The position numbers and the translations under genes are program-made. Below, one piece after another: positions 17,358 to 26,628 of a DNA stretch of 60,493 bases (the first letter of the stretch is position 1; each line of letters begins with the position of its first letter). The stretch spans positions 1 through 60,493 of the forward strand of contig JBBIPG010000004.1 of NCBI GenBank assembly GCA_037442925.1, read 5' to 3'. Below the pieces are notes generated by a model. That model worked only from the letters and a program-made list of their open reading frames with translations. It was not told the DNA's origin and searched no databases. Source of the stretch: Candidatus Fraserbacteria bacterium. Lineage in GTDB: Bacteria > Bipolaricaulota > Bipolaricaulia > RBG-16-55-9.

Positions 17358-19778
17358 ATGGCGAGAACGAAAGATTTTTCAGTGATTGGAAAACCCTTTC
17401 CGCGCGTGGACGCCTGGGCCAAATGCACTGGGCGTGCCCAGTACGCCGATGATCTCTCCCTTCCGCGCATGGCCTATGGGAAGCTTTTACCCAGCATCTA
17501 TCCCCATGCTCTCATCCAACATATTGACATAAGTCAGGCAGAGCGTCTCTCCGGCGTGCTTGCCGTGATCACAGGTGAGAGCCTTCCCGTCAAATATGGC
17601 ATCATGCCCAGCACACAAGACGAGACGGCCTTAGCTGTCGGAAAAGTACGCTATGTGGGTGAACCTGTGGCTGCCGTCGCTGCCATCGACGAAGACATAG
17701 CTGAAGAAGCCCTCTCGCTCATTCATGTGGAATATGAGCCCCTCAAGCCCATCATGTCCATCGAGGAGGCCGTGACAGTCAAAGAACCGCGCATCCACGA
17801 CTACGGCCCTGAAGGCAACATTCACAAGCTCGTCTCTCTAGAATTTGGCGATGTCGATGCTGGCTTTGCTGAGGCCGATCATGTGCGCGAAGATGTCTTC
17901 TTCTATCAGGGCAACACGCATCTGCCCATGGAGCAGCATTCCGCTCTTGCCCAATGGAACCCTGCGGAAGAGAAGCTGACCCTCTGGAGTTCGACTCAGA
18001 CCGCGCACTATGTGCATCGTGCTCTCGCCAGAGTGCTGCAACTGCCTGAGCACAAGATTCGGGTGATTGCCCCACCCGTCGGTGGCGGCTTTGGCGGAAA
18101 AGATGATCCCTTCTCGCATGAGATCTGTGCAGCCAAGCTCAGCATGATCACGGGTCGCCCCATCAAGATCACACTCACCCGTGAAGAGGTCTTTTACGCA
18201 CACCGTGGGCGTCACCCGGTGTTGATGTGGGTCAAGACGGGTGTCAAAAAGAACGGGAAGATCACAGCGATGCATTTCAAGTCGTTTCTCGATGGCGGAG
18301 CCTACGGCTCCTACGGAATCGCCAGCACCTATTATACAGGTGCCTTGCAGACGATCACGTACAAGATCCCGGCGTATCGCTTCCAAGGAATGCGGGTGTT
18401 CACAAACAAACCCCCTTCAGGTCCCAAGCGCGGGCACGGCACACCACAGCCGCGCTATGCTCTGGAACTGCACATGGACAAGCTCGCTCAGGATCTCAAG
18501 ATCGATCCGATTACGCTACGCTTGCGCAATTTGACGGGGCCGAACCACATGACAGTCAACTGGCTTAAGATCACGAGCAATGGCCTCAAGAAATGCATTG
18601 AAAGAGTGATCGAAGCCTCGGGCTGGAGGGAGAAATACAAGAAGCTGCCTCTGGGAAAGGGAGTAGGCTTTGCCTGCAGCACATATATCTGTGGGGCTGG
18701 ACTGCCCATCTACTGGAATGACATGCCCCACTCAGAAGTGCAGATCAAGATCGACCGCACCGGCACAGTGACTGCGTTCTCGGGTGCCATCGATATTGGG
18801 CAGGGCTCAGACACGGTGCTGGCGACGGTCATTGCCGAGGTGCTGGGGCTCTACCCCCAAGACATCAAGCTGGTCACGGCCGACACAGACTTGACGCCCA
18901 TTGATTTGGGAAGCTACTCCAGTCGGGTGACGATGATGATGGGCAACGCGGCCTATGAAGCCGCCATGAAAGCCCGCAAACTCCTCTTCAAGGCCGCCTC
19001 TGAAAAATTGGGCGTGCCGGTCAAAAATTTAGTCGCTAAAGAGCGGCGCATCTTCGACAGAGAAGATCCCAAGCGGGCTCTCTCTTTTGCGGAGGCCGCA
19101 CGGCTAGCGGAAGCTCGATTTGGCTTAATCGGGGCTGTAGGCAGCTATAAGCCCCCTAAGAAGATGGGCAATTACAAGGGTTCAGGTGTGGGTCCTTCGC
19201 CTGCCTACAGCTTCTCTGCCTGCGTAGCGCAAGTCGACTGTGATTCCGAGACGGGCAATGTGAAGGTAGAGAAGATCTGGCTGGCGCATGACATTGGGCG
19301 GGCGATCAACCCCATTCTTGTGGAAGGCCAGATCGAGGGCAGTGTGTATATGGCCTTGGGTGAAGTATTGATGGAAGAGCAGATTTTCAGGAAGAATCTC
19401 CATAAGATCCCGTCGCTGCTCGACTATAAGAGCTTGACGTTCAAGGAGATGCCAGAAGTAGAGTCGATTCTCGTTGAGACGGACGAGCCGCGGGGACCCT
19501 TTGGGGCCAAAGAAGCGGGTCAGGGGCCGCTTAATCCCGTCATTCCAGCAGTGGCCAATGCCGTCTACAACGCTCTTGGCATTCGAATCGAGGAGATCCC
19601 GATCACGCCGGAGAAGGTGCTGAAAGCTCTGGAAGAGAAAGCGAAGGGCAAGCTGGCGCGTGTTGGCCCGGATGGGATTCCCGACTATAAATTCCCCGAT
19701 CCCATCAAGGTCGAGCCTCCGGAGGAGTGGAAACAGGAGCATCCACCTGTGAGCCAAGCGGCCGAAAAGGTAGGTTGA
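17358..19778 (+). CDS. Xanthine oxidase-family molybdopterin-binding large subunit, HcrA-like, with an atypical active site
   Basis: GGGFGGK, AHRGR, RGHG, DIGQGSDT, GSYSSRVT, EGQIEG and GPFGAKEA follow HcrA; Gln occupies the catalytic Glu position. Confidence 0.88.
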   Translation: MARTKDFSVIGKPFPRVDAWAKCTGRAQYADDLSLPRMAYGKLLPSIYPHALIQHIDISQAERLSGVLAVITGESLPVKYGIMPSTQDETALAVGKVRYVGEPVAAVAAIDEDIAEEALSLIHVEYEPLKPIMSIEEAVTVKEPRIHDYGPEGNIHKLVSLEFGDVDAGFAEADHVREDVFFYQGNTHLPMEQHSALAQWNPAEEKLTLWSSTQTAHYVHRALARVLQLPEHKIRVIAPPVGGGFGGKDDPFSHEICAAKLSMITGRPIKITLTREEVFYAHRGRHPVLMWVKTGVKKNGKITAMHFKSFLDGGAYGSYGIASTYYTGALQTITYKIPAYRFQGMRVFTNKPPSGPKRGHGTPQPRYALELHMDKLAQDLKIDPITLRLRNLTGPNHMTVNWLKITSNGLKKCIERVIEASGWREKYKKLPLGKGVGFACSTYICGAGLPIYWNDMPHSEVQIKIDRTGTVTAFSGAIDIGQGSDTVLATVIAEVLGLYPQDIKLVTADTDLTPIDLGSYSSRVTMMMGNAAYEAAMKARKLLFKAASEKLGVPVKNLVAKERRIFDREDPKRALSFAEAARLAEARFGLIGAVGSYKPPKKMGNYKGSGVGPSPAYSFSACVAQVDCDSETGNVKVEKIWLAHDIGRAINPILVEGQIEGSVYMALGEVLMEEQIFRKNLHKIPSLLDYKSLTFKEMPEVESILVETDEPRGPFGAKEAGQGPLNPVIPAVANAVYNALGIRIEEIPITPEKVLKALEEKAKGKLARVGPDGIPDYKFPDPIKVEPPEEWKQEHPPVSQAAEKVG

Positions 19779-19784
19779 ACACTC

Positions 19785-20819
19785 GTGCTACGTCTGCCCA
19801 AGTTTGAATATCTTGCACCTAAGACGCTCAGCGAAGCCACCAAGATGCTCGCGGATCATGGCCCCGACGCCATGGCTGTCGCCGGTGGCACCGATGTCTA
19901 CCCTAAGATGAAGCGCCGCCAGTTCTTGCCCAAACTTCTCATCGGACTCCGTCATCTCAACGAACTGAAGGGAGTCCAAGGCAATGCACATTCTGGTCTC
20001 GTCATAAAGGCGGGCACATCGCTCACCGAAGTCAGCAATCATCCCATTGTGCGAGAGAGCTATCCCGGCCTGGCAACAGCTACGGGAGTCATCTCCACAC
20101 CCATTTTGAGAAATATGGGCACCATCGGCGGCAATTTGTGTTTGGACACCCGCTGCAATTACTACGATCAGACTCATCATTGGCGGGTGGCCATCGGCTG
20201 GTGCATGAAAGCCCCCGGTCCCAAGGGTTGGGCCATCGCTCCCGAACGTGCTCCAGAAAAGGGTGATATCCCCTGCCGTGTGGCACCCGGAGGCCCACGC
20301 TGTTGGGCTGTCTCATCAACAGATAGTGCGCCCATGTTCATCGCACTCGATGCGAAAGTGAAACTCATGAGCCGTGCAGGTGAGCGGCTCATCCCCGTGA
20401 GAGAACTCTACCGTGATAACGGCATGTTTTATTTGAACAAACGACACGAAGAACTGCTGACAGAGATCCACCTGCCCCCTGCCAGTGGTGTCAAGAGCAC
20501 GTACTGGAAACTGCGTCGACGCGGATCGTTCGACTTCCCCGTGCTGGGTGTTGCTGTGACACTAAGACAAGCGCCCGATGGGAGGGTAGAGCGTGCCAAG
20601 ATCGTGCTGGGTGGCGTTGGCTCTCATCCCATGGAGATGCCCCAGGCTGCACAACTCTTGATGGGCCAGAAGATCACGCCCGATGTGTTGGACGCTGTAG
20701 CCCAAGCGGTCTTCCAGCCCGCACGTCCGCTGGACAACACAGACTATCATCTGTTTTATCGAAAGCGCATGGCAGCGGTCTACGTCAAGCGGGCTCTTAC
20801 TGAGCTGGCTTCAATGTGA
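19785..20819 (+). CDS. FAD-binding subunit with inserted [4Fe-4S] domain (HcrB-like)
   Basis: AGGTDVYP, RNMGTIGGNLC, and four Cys spaced C-x15-C-x23-C-x8-C. Confidence 0.88.
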   Translation: MLRLPKFEYLAPKTLSEATKMLADHGPDAMAVAGGTDVYPKMKRRQFLPKLLIGLRHLNELKGVQGNAHSGLVIKAGTSLTEVSNHPIVRESYPGLATATGVISTPILRNMGTIGGNLCLDTRCNYYDQTHHWRVAIGWCMKAPGPKGWAIAPERAPEKGDIPCRVAPGGPRCWAVSSTDSAPMFIALDAKVKLMSRAGERLIPVRELYRDNGMFYLNKRHEELLTEIHLPPASGVKSTYWKLRRRGSFDFPVLGVAVTLRQAPDGRVERAKIVLGGVGSHPMEMPQAAQLLMGQKITPDVLDAVAQAVFQPARPLDNTDYHLFYRKRMAAVYVKRALTELASM

Positions 20820-20854
20820 ATCCCAACGGTTAGCAGTTACAATGAGAGCTAGTC

Positions 20855-21940
20855 ATGAGGGAATTGCTTGGGATCTTGAATCGCATTGTAAAGCTCTCTG
20901 CGGAGGGGCAAGCGGCGGCACTGGCCACGGTCATTGCCACCTCCGGCTCGACCTATCGCCGTCCCGGAGCACGGCTGCTCGTTATGGAATCTCAGTCCAT
21001 AGGAGCCGTCAGCGCAGGCTGTCTTGAAGACGAAATCATCTCCGTCGCTCAACGCGTTTTGAAAACAGACCAGCCTCAGCGGATACACTTTGACACGGCG
21101 GAAGAGATGGACCCCATCGTGGGCACAGGGTTGGGCTGCCGTGGCACCATCGAAGTCTTCATCGAGTCTCTGCAAGCTGATGAGGGCGGTGCGCGGGTCT
21201 ATCGCGAGCTGCGCCAGGCGCTCATGCAAGATCGAGTCTGCCATCTGGCCATCGAGCCCAAGACGGCTCGACATATGCTCATCGTGGAGGGAGAGCTCTG
21301 TTTGGACGAGCTGGAAGATCCCCAGCTGCTGGCGGCCGTACGCCGCGCTTCAGGGTCGATGCGTGGAAGGCATGAAATCCTTCAGCCACAACCTGATAGA
21401 GCAATCTATCTTGAACGCATTGATCCGCCGATGAGACTCGTGATCTTTGGCGCAGGATATGATGCGATTCCGCTTGTCCAGCTGGCTAAGGAGCTGGGTC
21501 TTCGCGTTACGGTGGTCGATCATCGCCCGGCGTATTTGACAAGGGAGCGCTTTGCGAACGCCGATCAGCTTCTGCTGGCGCATCCTTCAGAGCTCTCGCA
21601 GAAGATTCAGCTTCAACCGGGCTCGTTCGTCGTCATCATGACGCATAACTATCTCCACGATCTGGAGATTCTCAAATTCACGCTTGGGAGTGAAGCTTCT
21701 TATATCGGCCAGATGGGACCGCGGGAGCGCACCCAAGAGTTACTGGCTGAGATTGAGAAAGGGATTGGACCACTCTCTGCTGAAAGACTCGCACGTGTAC
21801 ATGCGCCTATTGGGTTGGATCTGGGAGCCGAGGCTCCTGAGGAGATTGCCCTGAGCATCTTGAGCGAGATTCTGGCTGTGAAGAATGTGCGCTCTGCGGG
21901 ATTCTTGAAGGGACGTCAAGCGCCGATTCACTCCCCATGA
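20855..21940 (+). CDS. xdhC: XdhC/CoxF-family Moco sulfuration/insertion chaperone
   Basis: GSTYRRPGA, GAVSAGCLE, LGCRG, FGAGYDA, MTHNY..D, APIGLDLGA..PEEIALSI. Confidence 0.92.
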   Translation: MRELLGILNRIVKLSAEGQAAALATVIATSGSTYRRPGARLLVMESQSIGAVSAGCLEDEIISVAQRVLKTDQPQRIHFDTAEEMDPIVGTGLGCRGTIEVFIESLQADEGGARVYRELRQALMQDRVCHLAIEPKTARHMLIVEGELCLDELEDPQLLAAVRRASGSMRGRHEILQPQPDRAIYLERIDPPMRLVIFGAGYDAIPLVQLAKELGLRVTVVDHRPAYLTRERFANADQLLLAHPSELSQKIQLQPGSFVVIMTHNYLHDLEILKFTLGSEASYIGQMGPRERTQELLAEIEKGIGPLSAERLARVHAPIGLDLGAEAPEEIALSILSEILAVKNVRSAGFLKGRQAPIHSP

Positions 21941-22554
21941 GCCGTGAACATAAACTGCCCGGTGTCGTACTGGCTGCCGGGCAGGGAACGCGCTTTCGTG
22001 ACGGCTACAAGCTGCTCATGCCCTTCCGCCATCGTGCGATCATCTATCACAGCGTGAGAGCCCTGCTCGATTCGCAATGCGAACCCGTGGTGCTTGTAGT
22101 GGGCTTTGAGCGCGAGAAGATTCTGAAGGCTCTAGGGGAACTACGAGATCATCCCAAACTGCGAATCGTTCACAATGAGCGCTGGCAGTCGGGGCAGGCT
22201 TTTTCTGTGAGAGCCGCGATTGAGCATCTGCCCCAGGATGCGCCCGGTGTGCTCTTTTTGCCGGGAGATATGCCGCTGATGAGGAGCGTGCTCGTGGATC
22301 GCGTCACACAGCGATTTCTCCAGACGGGTGAGCTCTGTTTTCCCATCTATCAAGGCCAGAAGGGCCATCCGACGGCTTTCCCCCGTGAGCTATTAGGCCG
22401 ACTCTGCGAGCTGGAAGGCGATGTTGGTGGCTTATCTCTCGTGCGCGAACATTGGGGTGACGCAGAGAAGATTGAGCTTGAAATTGGAGAAGAATGTACA
22501 CAATTGGATCTCGATACGGCAGCGGACTACCAGCGTCTGAAAGCTCTTCAATGA
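21937..22554 (+). CDS. mocA: Molybdenum cofactor cytidylyltransferase-like NTP transferase
   Basis: VLAAGQGTRF, LPGDMP, GHPTAF, GDVGG, DLDT..DY. Confidence 0.8.
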   Translation: MSREHKLPGVVLAAGQGTRFRDGYKLLMPFRHRAIIYHSVRALLDSQCEPVVLVVGFEREKILKALGELRDHPKLRIVHNERWQSGQAFSVRAAIEHLPQDAPGVLFLPGDMPLMRSVLVDRVTQRFLQTGELCFPIYQGQKGHPTAFPRELLGRLCELEGDVGGLSLVREHWGDAEKIELEIGEECTQLDLDTAADYQRLKALQ

Positions 22555-23186
22555 AGATCACAGCGCTCGTATTAGCCGGAGGCCAATCTCATCGAATGGG
22601 GCAAGACAAACGACTGCTGGAATACCAGGGCAAGCCACTCATCCGTAGAGCATTCGAGGCAACTCAAGCCATTAGCGACGAACTTTGGGTACTCATCGCT
22701 TCTCACGAAGATCAGCAAATCCTCTCGCCGCTGCTTAATAGAGATACCCGCTTTCTCCTCGATGAGCATCCCAACTCCGGCCCTCTGGCAGCCCTGGTAA
22801 ACGCCCTTCCTCACGTCAAGAGCAAGTACGCTCTGCTGCTGGCTGTCGATTATCCGCTGGTAACGAGGTCGTTCCTGCAAAAGATGAAAAGCACATTGGA
22901 AGCCCAAGCGCCCTCGCCTGATGCCTTTGTTCCCCTCTGGCAAGGCATTCCCCAAGTCGCGTGTGCTTTCTATCGACAATCGCTTCACACAGAACTGAAA
23001 GAAGCGTTTCTAAAGGGAGAACGCTCGCTCCGTCGCTGGGTGCTGAGCTCGCCCAAGGGCAGAGTGCAGTGGCTGCACGAGGAGGACTGGCAGCGATGGG
23101 AGCACCGCGAGGTCTTTCTCAATGTCAACACGCCTCAAGACTACCAGCGCCTTCTGCAACTGGCCCGGAGTCCATTTGAAAAGTAG
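22551..23186 (+). CDS. mobA: Molybdenum cofactor guanylyltransferase
   Basis: VLAGGQSHRMGQDK, GPLAAL, AVDYP, FLNVNTPQD; ATGA overlap with mocA. Confidence 0.88.
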   Translation: MKITALVLAGGQSHRMGQDKRLLEYQGKPLIRRAFEATQAISDELWVLIASHEDQQILSPLLNRDTRFLLDEHPNSGPLAALVNALPHVKSKYALLLAVDYPLVTRSFLQKMKSTLEAQAPSPDAFVPLWQGIPQVACAFYRQSLHTELKEAFLKGERSLRRWVLSSPKGRVQWLHEEDWQRWEHREVFLNVNTPQDYQRLLQLARSPFEK

Positions 23187-23212
23187 ACCCTGAATGTCCG
23201 ATAATAACCGAC

Positions 23213-24190
23213 ATGAAGCTCACGGATCGCTTTGGCCGAGTGCACAATTATCTGAGAATCTCAGTCACGGACCGCTGCAATCAGCGCTGTCACTTCTGCA
23301 TGCCCCTTGATCAACAATTCTTTCACTCCAAGAAAGAGATCCTTTCTTTTGAAGAGATCGTGATGATCGTGCAAGTGGCCAACAAGCTGGGCATCGACCG
23401 CGTGCGGATCACCGGCGGCGAGCCTCTCGTCCGGCGCGAGTTGCCCAAGCTCATCTGTATGCTCAAAGGTGAGACAGACACGAAAGACATCTCGATGACC
23501 ACCAACGGCCTGCTGCTGGAACGCTTCGCCCAGCCGCTCAAAGAAGCAGGCCTAGATCGCATCAATGTCAGCTTGCACTCACTCCAATCTGAAAGATTCA
23601 ATAAACTTACACGCTTCGGAACGTTAGAGACGGTGCTCCGTGGCATCCGCAAAGCAATGGACGTGGGCTTAAAACCAATAAAACTTAACGCGCTCATTCT
23701 AAAAGGCTTCAACGAAGACGAGATCGAGGATCTCTTCCAGCTCACGCTGCAAGATAAGATCGTCGTCCGTTTTCTGGAGCTGATGCCCATCGGCGAGGCG
23801 CTTAGCTTAAACGGCTTCGGCTCATATCTCAACTTGACAAGAGTGCGCGAGAGGCTTGCTGAGAAATATGGGCTCCTGCCGGCCGCAGAGAACGGCAACG
23901 GTCCAGCCAAGTATTGGCAAGCGCCAGGAGCTCCGGGGAAGGTGGGCTTCATCACGCCGATCTCCAACAAATACTGCGACACATGCAGTCGCTTGAGACT
24001 GACAGCCAACGGGGAACTTCGGCCTTGTTTGGCGTATGATGTCCACGTGAACATGCGCGAGGCCATTCGCAACCGCGATCTCGCTGCCATCGAAGAGGCT
24101 TTCATAAGAGCACTGGAGATCAAGCCCAAAGGACATCATTGGGAAGAAGGGCAGACCACGCACACCGTCATGTCCAGTTTGGGAGGTTAG
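23213..24190 (+). CDS. moaA: GTP 3',8-cyclase (radical SAM)
   Basis: CNQRCHFC, RITGGEP, CDTCSRLRLT..G.LRPCL, C-terminal GG. Confidence 0.96.
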   Translation: MKLTDRFGRVHNYLRISVTDRCNQRCHFCMPLDQQFFHSKKEILSFEEIVMIVQVANKLGIDRVRITGGEPLVRRELPKLICMLKGETDTKDISMTTNGLLLERFAQPLKEAGLDRINVSLHSLQSERFNKLTRFGTLETVLRGIRKAMDVGLKPIKLNALILKGFNEDEIEDLFQLTLQDKIVVRFLELMPIGEALSLNGFGSYLNLTRVRERLAEKYGLLPAAENGNGPAKYWQAPGAPGKVGFITPISNKYCDTCSRLRLTANGELRPCLAYDVHVNMREAIRNRDLAAIEEAFIRALEIKPKGHHWEEGQTTHTVMSSLGG

Positions 24191-24192
24191 CG

Positions 24193-24441
24193 ATGCGCGT
24201 GAAAGTCGTCTTCTACGGAGGGCTCAAGCGCGACGTGGGCGCCAAAGCACAAGAGCTTCAGTTCGACAACCAGACTCTAACTGTCGCGCAACTCAAAGAT
24301 GGGCTCATCGCAAGATATCCTGTGTTGCGCCCGAAGCTTTCCAGCGTTGTTTGTGCCGTGGGAGATGAGATTGTGAGCGGGGATTATCTCATTCGAGATG
24401 GCGATGAAGTGGCACTTCTTCCGCCTGTGAGCGGAGGTTAG
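24193..24441 (+). CDS. moaD: Molybdopterin synthase sulfur carrier subunit
   Basis: Ubiquitin-like fold ending GDEVALLPPVSGG. Confidence 0.93.
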   Translation: MRVKVVFYGGLKRDVGAKAQELQFDNQTLTVAQLKDGLIARYPVLRPKLSSVVCAVGDEIVSGDYLIRDGDEVALLPPVSGG

Positions 24442-24442
24442 C

Positions 24443-24892
24443 ATGGGCTGCTGGATCAGCGAAGAGCCGTTGGATCTCAACCGGCTCCTCCAAGAGACAG
24501 AAGATCCCGCTAGCGGAGCGCTCGTGATCTTTAGCGGCACAGTGCGCAACGAGAATGAAGGCCAGCCCGTAAGGGCAATCACGTACGAAGCCCACGTTCC
24601 GTTAGCAGAAAACGTCCTGCGAGCACTCGAAGAGGAAGTTCTCTCGCGCTTCAGCGTACGACGATGTCGGGTCCAGCATAGAATCGGCACGTTGCCGGTG
24701 GGCGAGCCAAGTGCGATCATCGTAGTGCGGGCAGCGCATCGCGCAGAAGCATTCCAAGCTGCTCAGTACGCCATGGATGAACTAAAGCAACGCGCTCCCA
24801 TCTGGAAAGAAGAGCACTATGAGACCGGCGAGAGTCGTTTTCTGGAGGGCACGTCTCTGACTCTGAAGGTGAGTGGAAGACCCAAGCCATGA
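24443..24892 (+). CDS. moaE: Molybdopterin synthase catalytic subunit
   Basis: FSGTVRN, HRIG.L.VGE, AAHRAEAF, PIWKEE. Confidence 0.94.
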   Translation: MGCWISEEPLDLNRLLQETEDPASGALVIFSGTVRNENEGQPVRAITYEAHVPLAENVLRALEEEVLSRFSVRRCRVQHRIGTLPVGEPSAIIVVRAAHRAEAFQAAQYAMDELKQRAPIWKEEHYETGESRFLEGTSLTLKVSGRPKP

Positions 24893-25812
24893 AAGATATC
24901 GCTGAAAAATTCGAGACGCTTCGAGAAGCCATGGCCGAGGCCTTCGTGGCAATTCCCCCAGATGCCCTCGCTCTTTTAAAAGAGAGACGCACCGAGAAAG
25001 GGGATGCCCTGGAAGTGGCACGGGCCGCCGGAATCTTGGCTGCCAAGCGCACTTGGGAGCTTCTTCCCTTCTGCCATCCGCTCCCTCTGACTCATGTGGA
25101 AATCTCGTACGCTTTTGAGAATGAAGGTATGCGCATTCAAGCATCAACTAAGACAATCGCGCCTACAGGTGTAGAGATGGAAGCTCTGACAGCCGCAAGC
25201 ATTGCGGCACTGACGCTCTATGACATGCTCAAGCCTCATACCCAAGAGATCGAAATCCGCTCAGTACGTCTCGTCTCGAAGAGTGGTGGCAAGAGCGATT
25301 ATCGCGCTGCACTCACGCCACCGGTGAAGGCTTGGGTGATCGTGCTTTCAGATAGTGTAGCTTCTGGTAAGAAAGAAGATCGCGCAGGCAAGACGATTCT
25401 CGAGGCTTTGGAGAAAGAGCTAGCCGTGGACGTCAAAGGCTATGAGATTCTGCCCGATGATCCCAAGAAACTCAGAGGAAAAGTGAGTGATCTCGTGGAA
25501 CAGGGCACGGATTTGATTCTCACGGTCGGAGGCACGGGACTGGCTCACACGGATCAGACGGTGGAAGCGCTTCGGCCGCTCATTGAGCGCGAGATCCCCG
25601 GTGTCATGGAAGCGGCACGGGCCTACGGGCAGCGCCGCACACCCTACGCGATGCTCTCACGCGGAATCGCAGGAATGATCAAGAACACATTGGTAATCAC
25701 GCTGCCTGGCAGCACACGAGGCGCCAAAGAGACATACGATGCCATCTTTCCCGCTGTGCTCCACATCTTCTTTGTGCTCCGAAAACTTCCGCATCCACAC
25801 GGGTATACTTGA
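24889..25812 (+). CDS. moaC: Bifunctional MoaC-MoaB/MogA fusion
   Basis: N-terminal AAKRTWELLPFCH, TGVEMEAL, YDMLK; C-terminal VLSDS, GGTG, IPGVME, LPGS. Confidence 0.9.
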   Translation: MKDIAEKFETLREAMAEAFVAIPPDALALLKERRTEKGDALEVARAAGILAAKRTWELLPFCHPLPLTHVEISYAFENEGMRIQASTKTIAPTGVEMEALTAASIAALTLYDMLKPHTQEIEIRSVRLVSKSGGKSDYRAALTPPVKAWVIVLSDSVASGKKEDRAGKTILEALEKELAVDVKGYEILPDDPKKLRGKVSDLVEQGTDLILTVGGTGLAHTDQTVEALRPLIEREIPGVMEAARAYGQRRTPYAMLSRGIAGMIKNTLVITLPGSTRGAKETYDAIFPAVLHIFFVLRKLPHPHGYT

Positions 25813-26567
25813 TGCCCTTTGAGCTCTGGATTCTCCTGCCTTCGTTCTTCGCTGCTTCGTTCTTGTACTCTTCCGTCGGACACGGTGGAGCCTCCGCCTA
25901 TCTTGCCATCTCAGCCCTAGTAGGGCTCTCTCGCGAGGAGATGGTCCCCATCGCCCTGGCGCTCAACATCGTTGTGGCTGGCATCGGTTTCTGGCACTAT
26001 TGGCGAGCAGGACATTTCTCTAGGCAATTGTTATTGCCCTTCGTAATCACTTCGATACCCGGAGCATTTCTTGGCGGCTCGCTCATCATCTCTCCGCAGG
26101 TCTTCGCCGTGCTACTGGGGTTCACGTTGCTGCTGGCTGCGATACGACTCTTGGGGTTGGGGCGCGAGATTCGTCCCAAGTGGGAAGCGTTGCCTCAGTT
26201 GCTATGGCCTGTGGGCTTGGTCATCGGCGCTGTGTTAGGGGTTCTAGCAGGTCTCATCGGCGTCGGAGGCGGCATCTTCCTAAGCCCACTCTTGCTGTTC
26301 GTACATTGGGCTGATGCGAAACACACCGCGGCTGTTTCTAGTGCCTTTATTGTGCTGAACTCCATGAGCGGGCTGCTGGCGCAGTCGCTTCGACACAGTC
26401 CAAACTGGGATCTTCTGCTGCCACTCCTCGCTTCTGTGATCCTTGGGGGAGGGATCGGGTCTCGCTTGGGTGCCGAGCGTCTTTCCTCGGTAGTGCTGCA
26501 ACGTCTGCTGGGAGGAATTCTATTGATCGCTTCGTTCAAGTTGATTCAGCAGGCGCTCACCAGTTGA
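25812..26567 (+). CDS. TauE/SafE-family sulfite exporter
   Basis: SVGHGGAS, GAFLGG, IGVGGGIFLSP; multiple TM segments. Confidence 0.88.
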   Translation: MPFELWILLPSFFAASFLYSSVGHGGASAYLAISALVGLSREEMVPIALALNIVVAGIGFWHYWRAGHFSRQLLLPFVITSIPGAFLGGSLIISPQVFAVLLGFTLLLAAIRLLGLGREIRPKWEALPQLLWPVGLVIGAVLGVLAGLIGVGGGIFLSPLLLFVHWADAKHTAAVSSAFIVLNSMSGLLAQSLRHSPNWDLLLPLLASVILGGGIGSRLGAERLSSVVLQRLLGGILLIASFKLIQQALTS

Positions 26568-26581
26568 TCGGAGTTTCCCTC

Positions 26582-26611
26582 TTGCGAGCTCTCCCAGCTC
26601 AGTAGTAGAAT
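26582..26611 (+). promoter_or_regulatory. Probable sigma70 promoter of cysS-moeA
   Basis: TTGCGA-N18-TAGAAT. Confidence 0.55.
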
Positions 26612-26628
26612 CTGTCAGGTGATTCCAT

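Noticed and set aside
13512-20840. 10-bp TAGCAGTTAC present in two intergenic regions (13512-21 and 20831-40)
   Set aside because: A 10-mer recurrence is expected by chance at this scale, and there is no flanking similarity.
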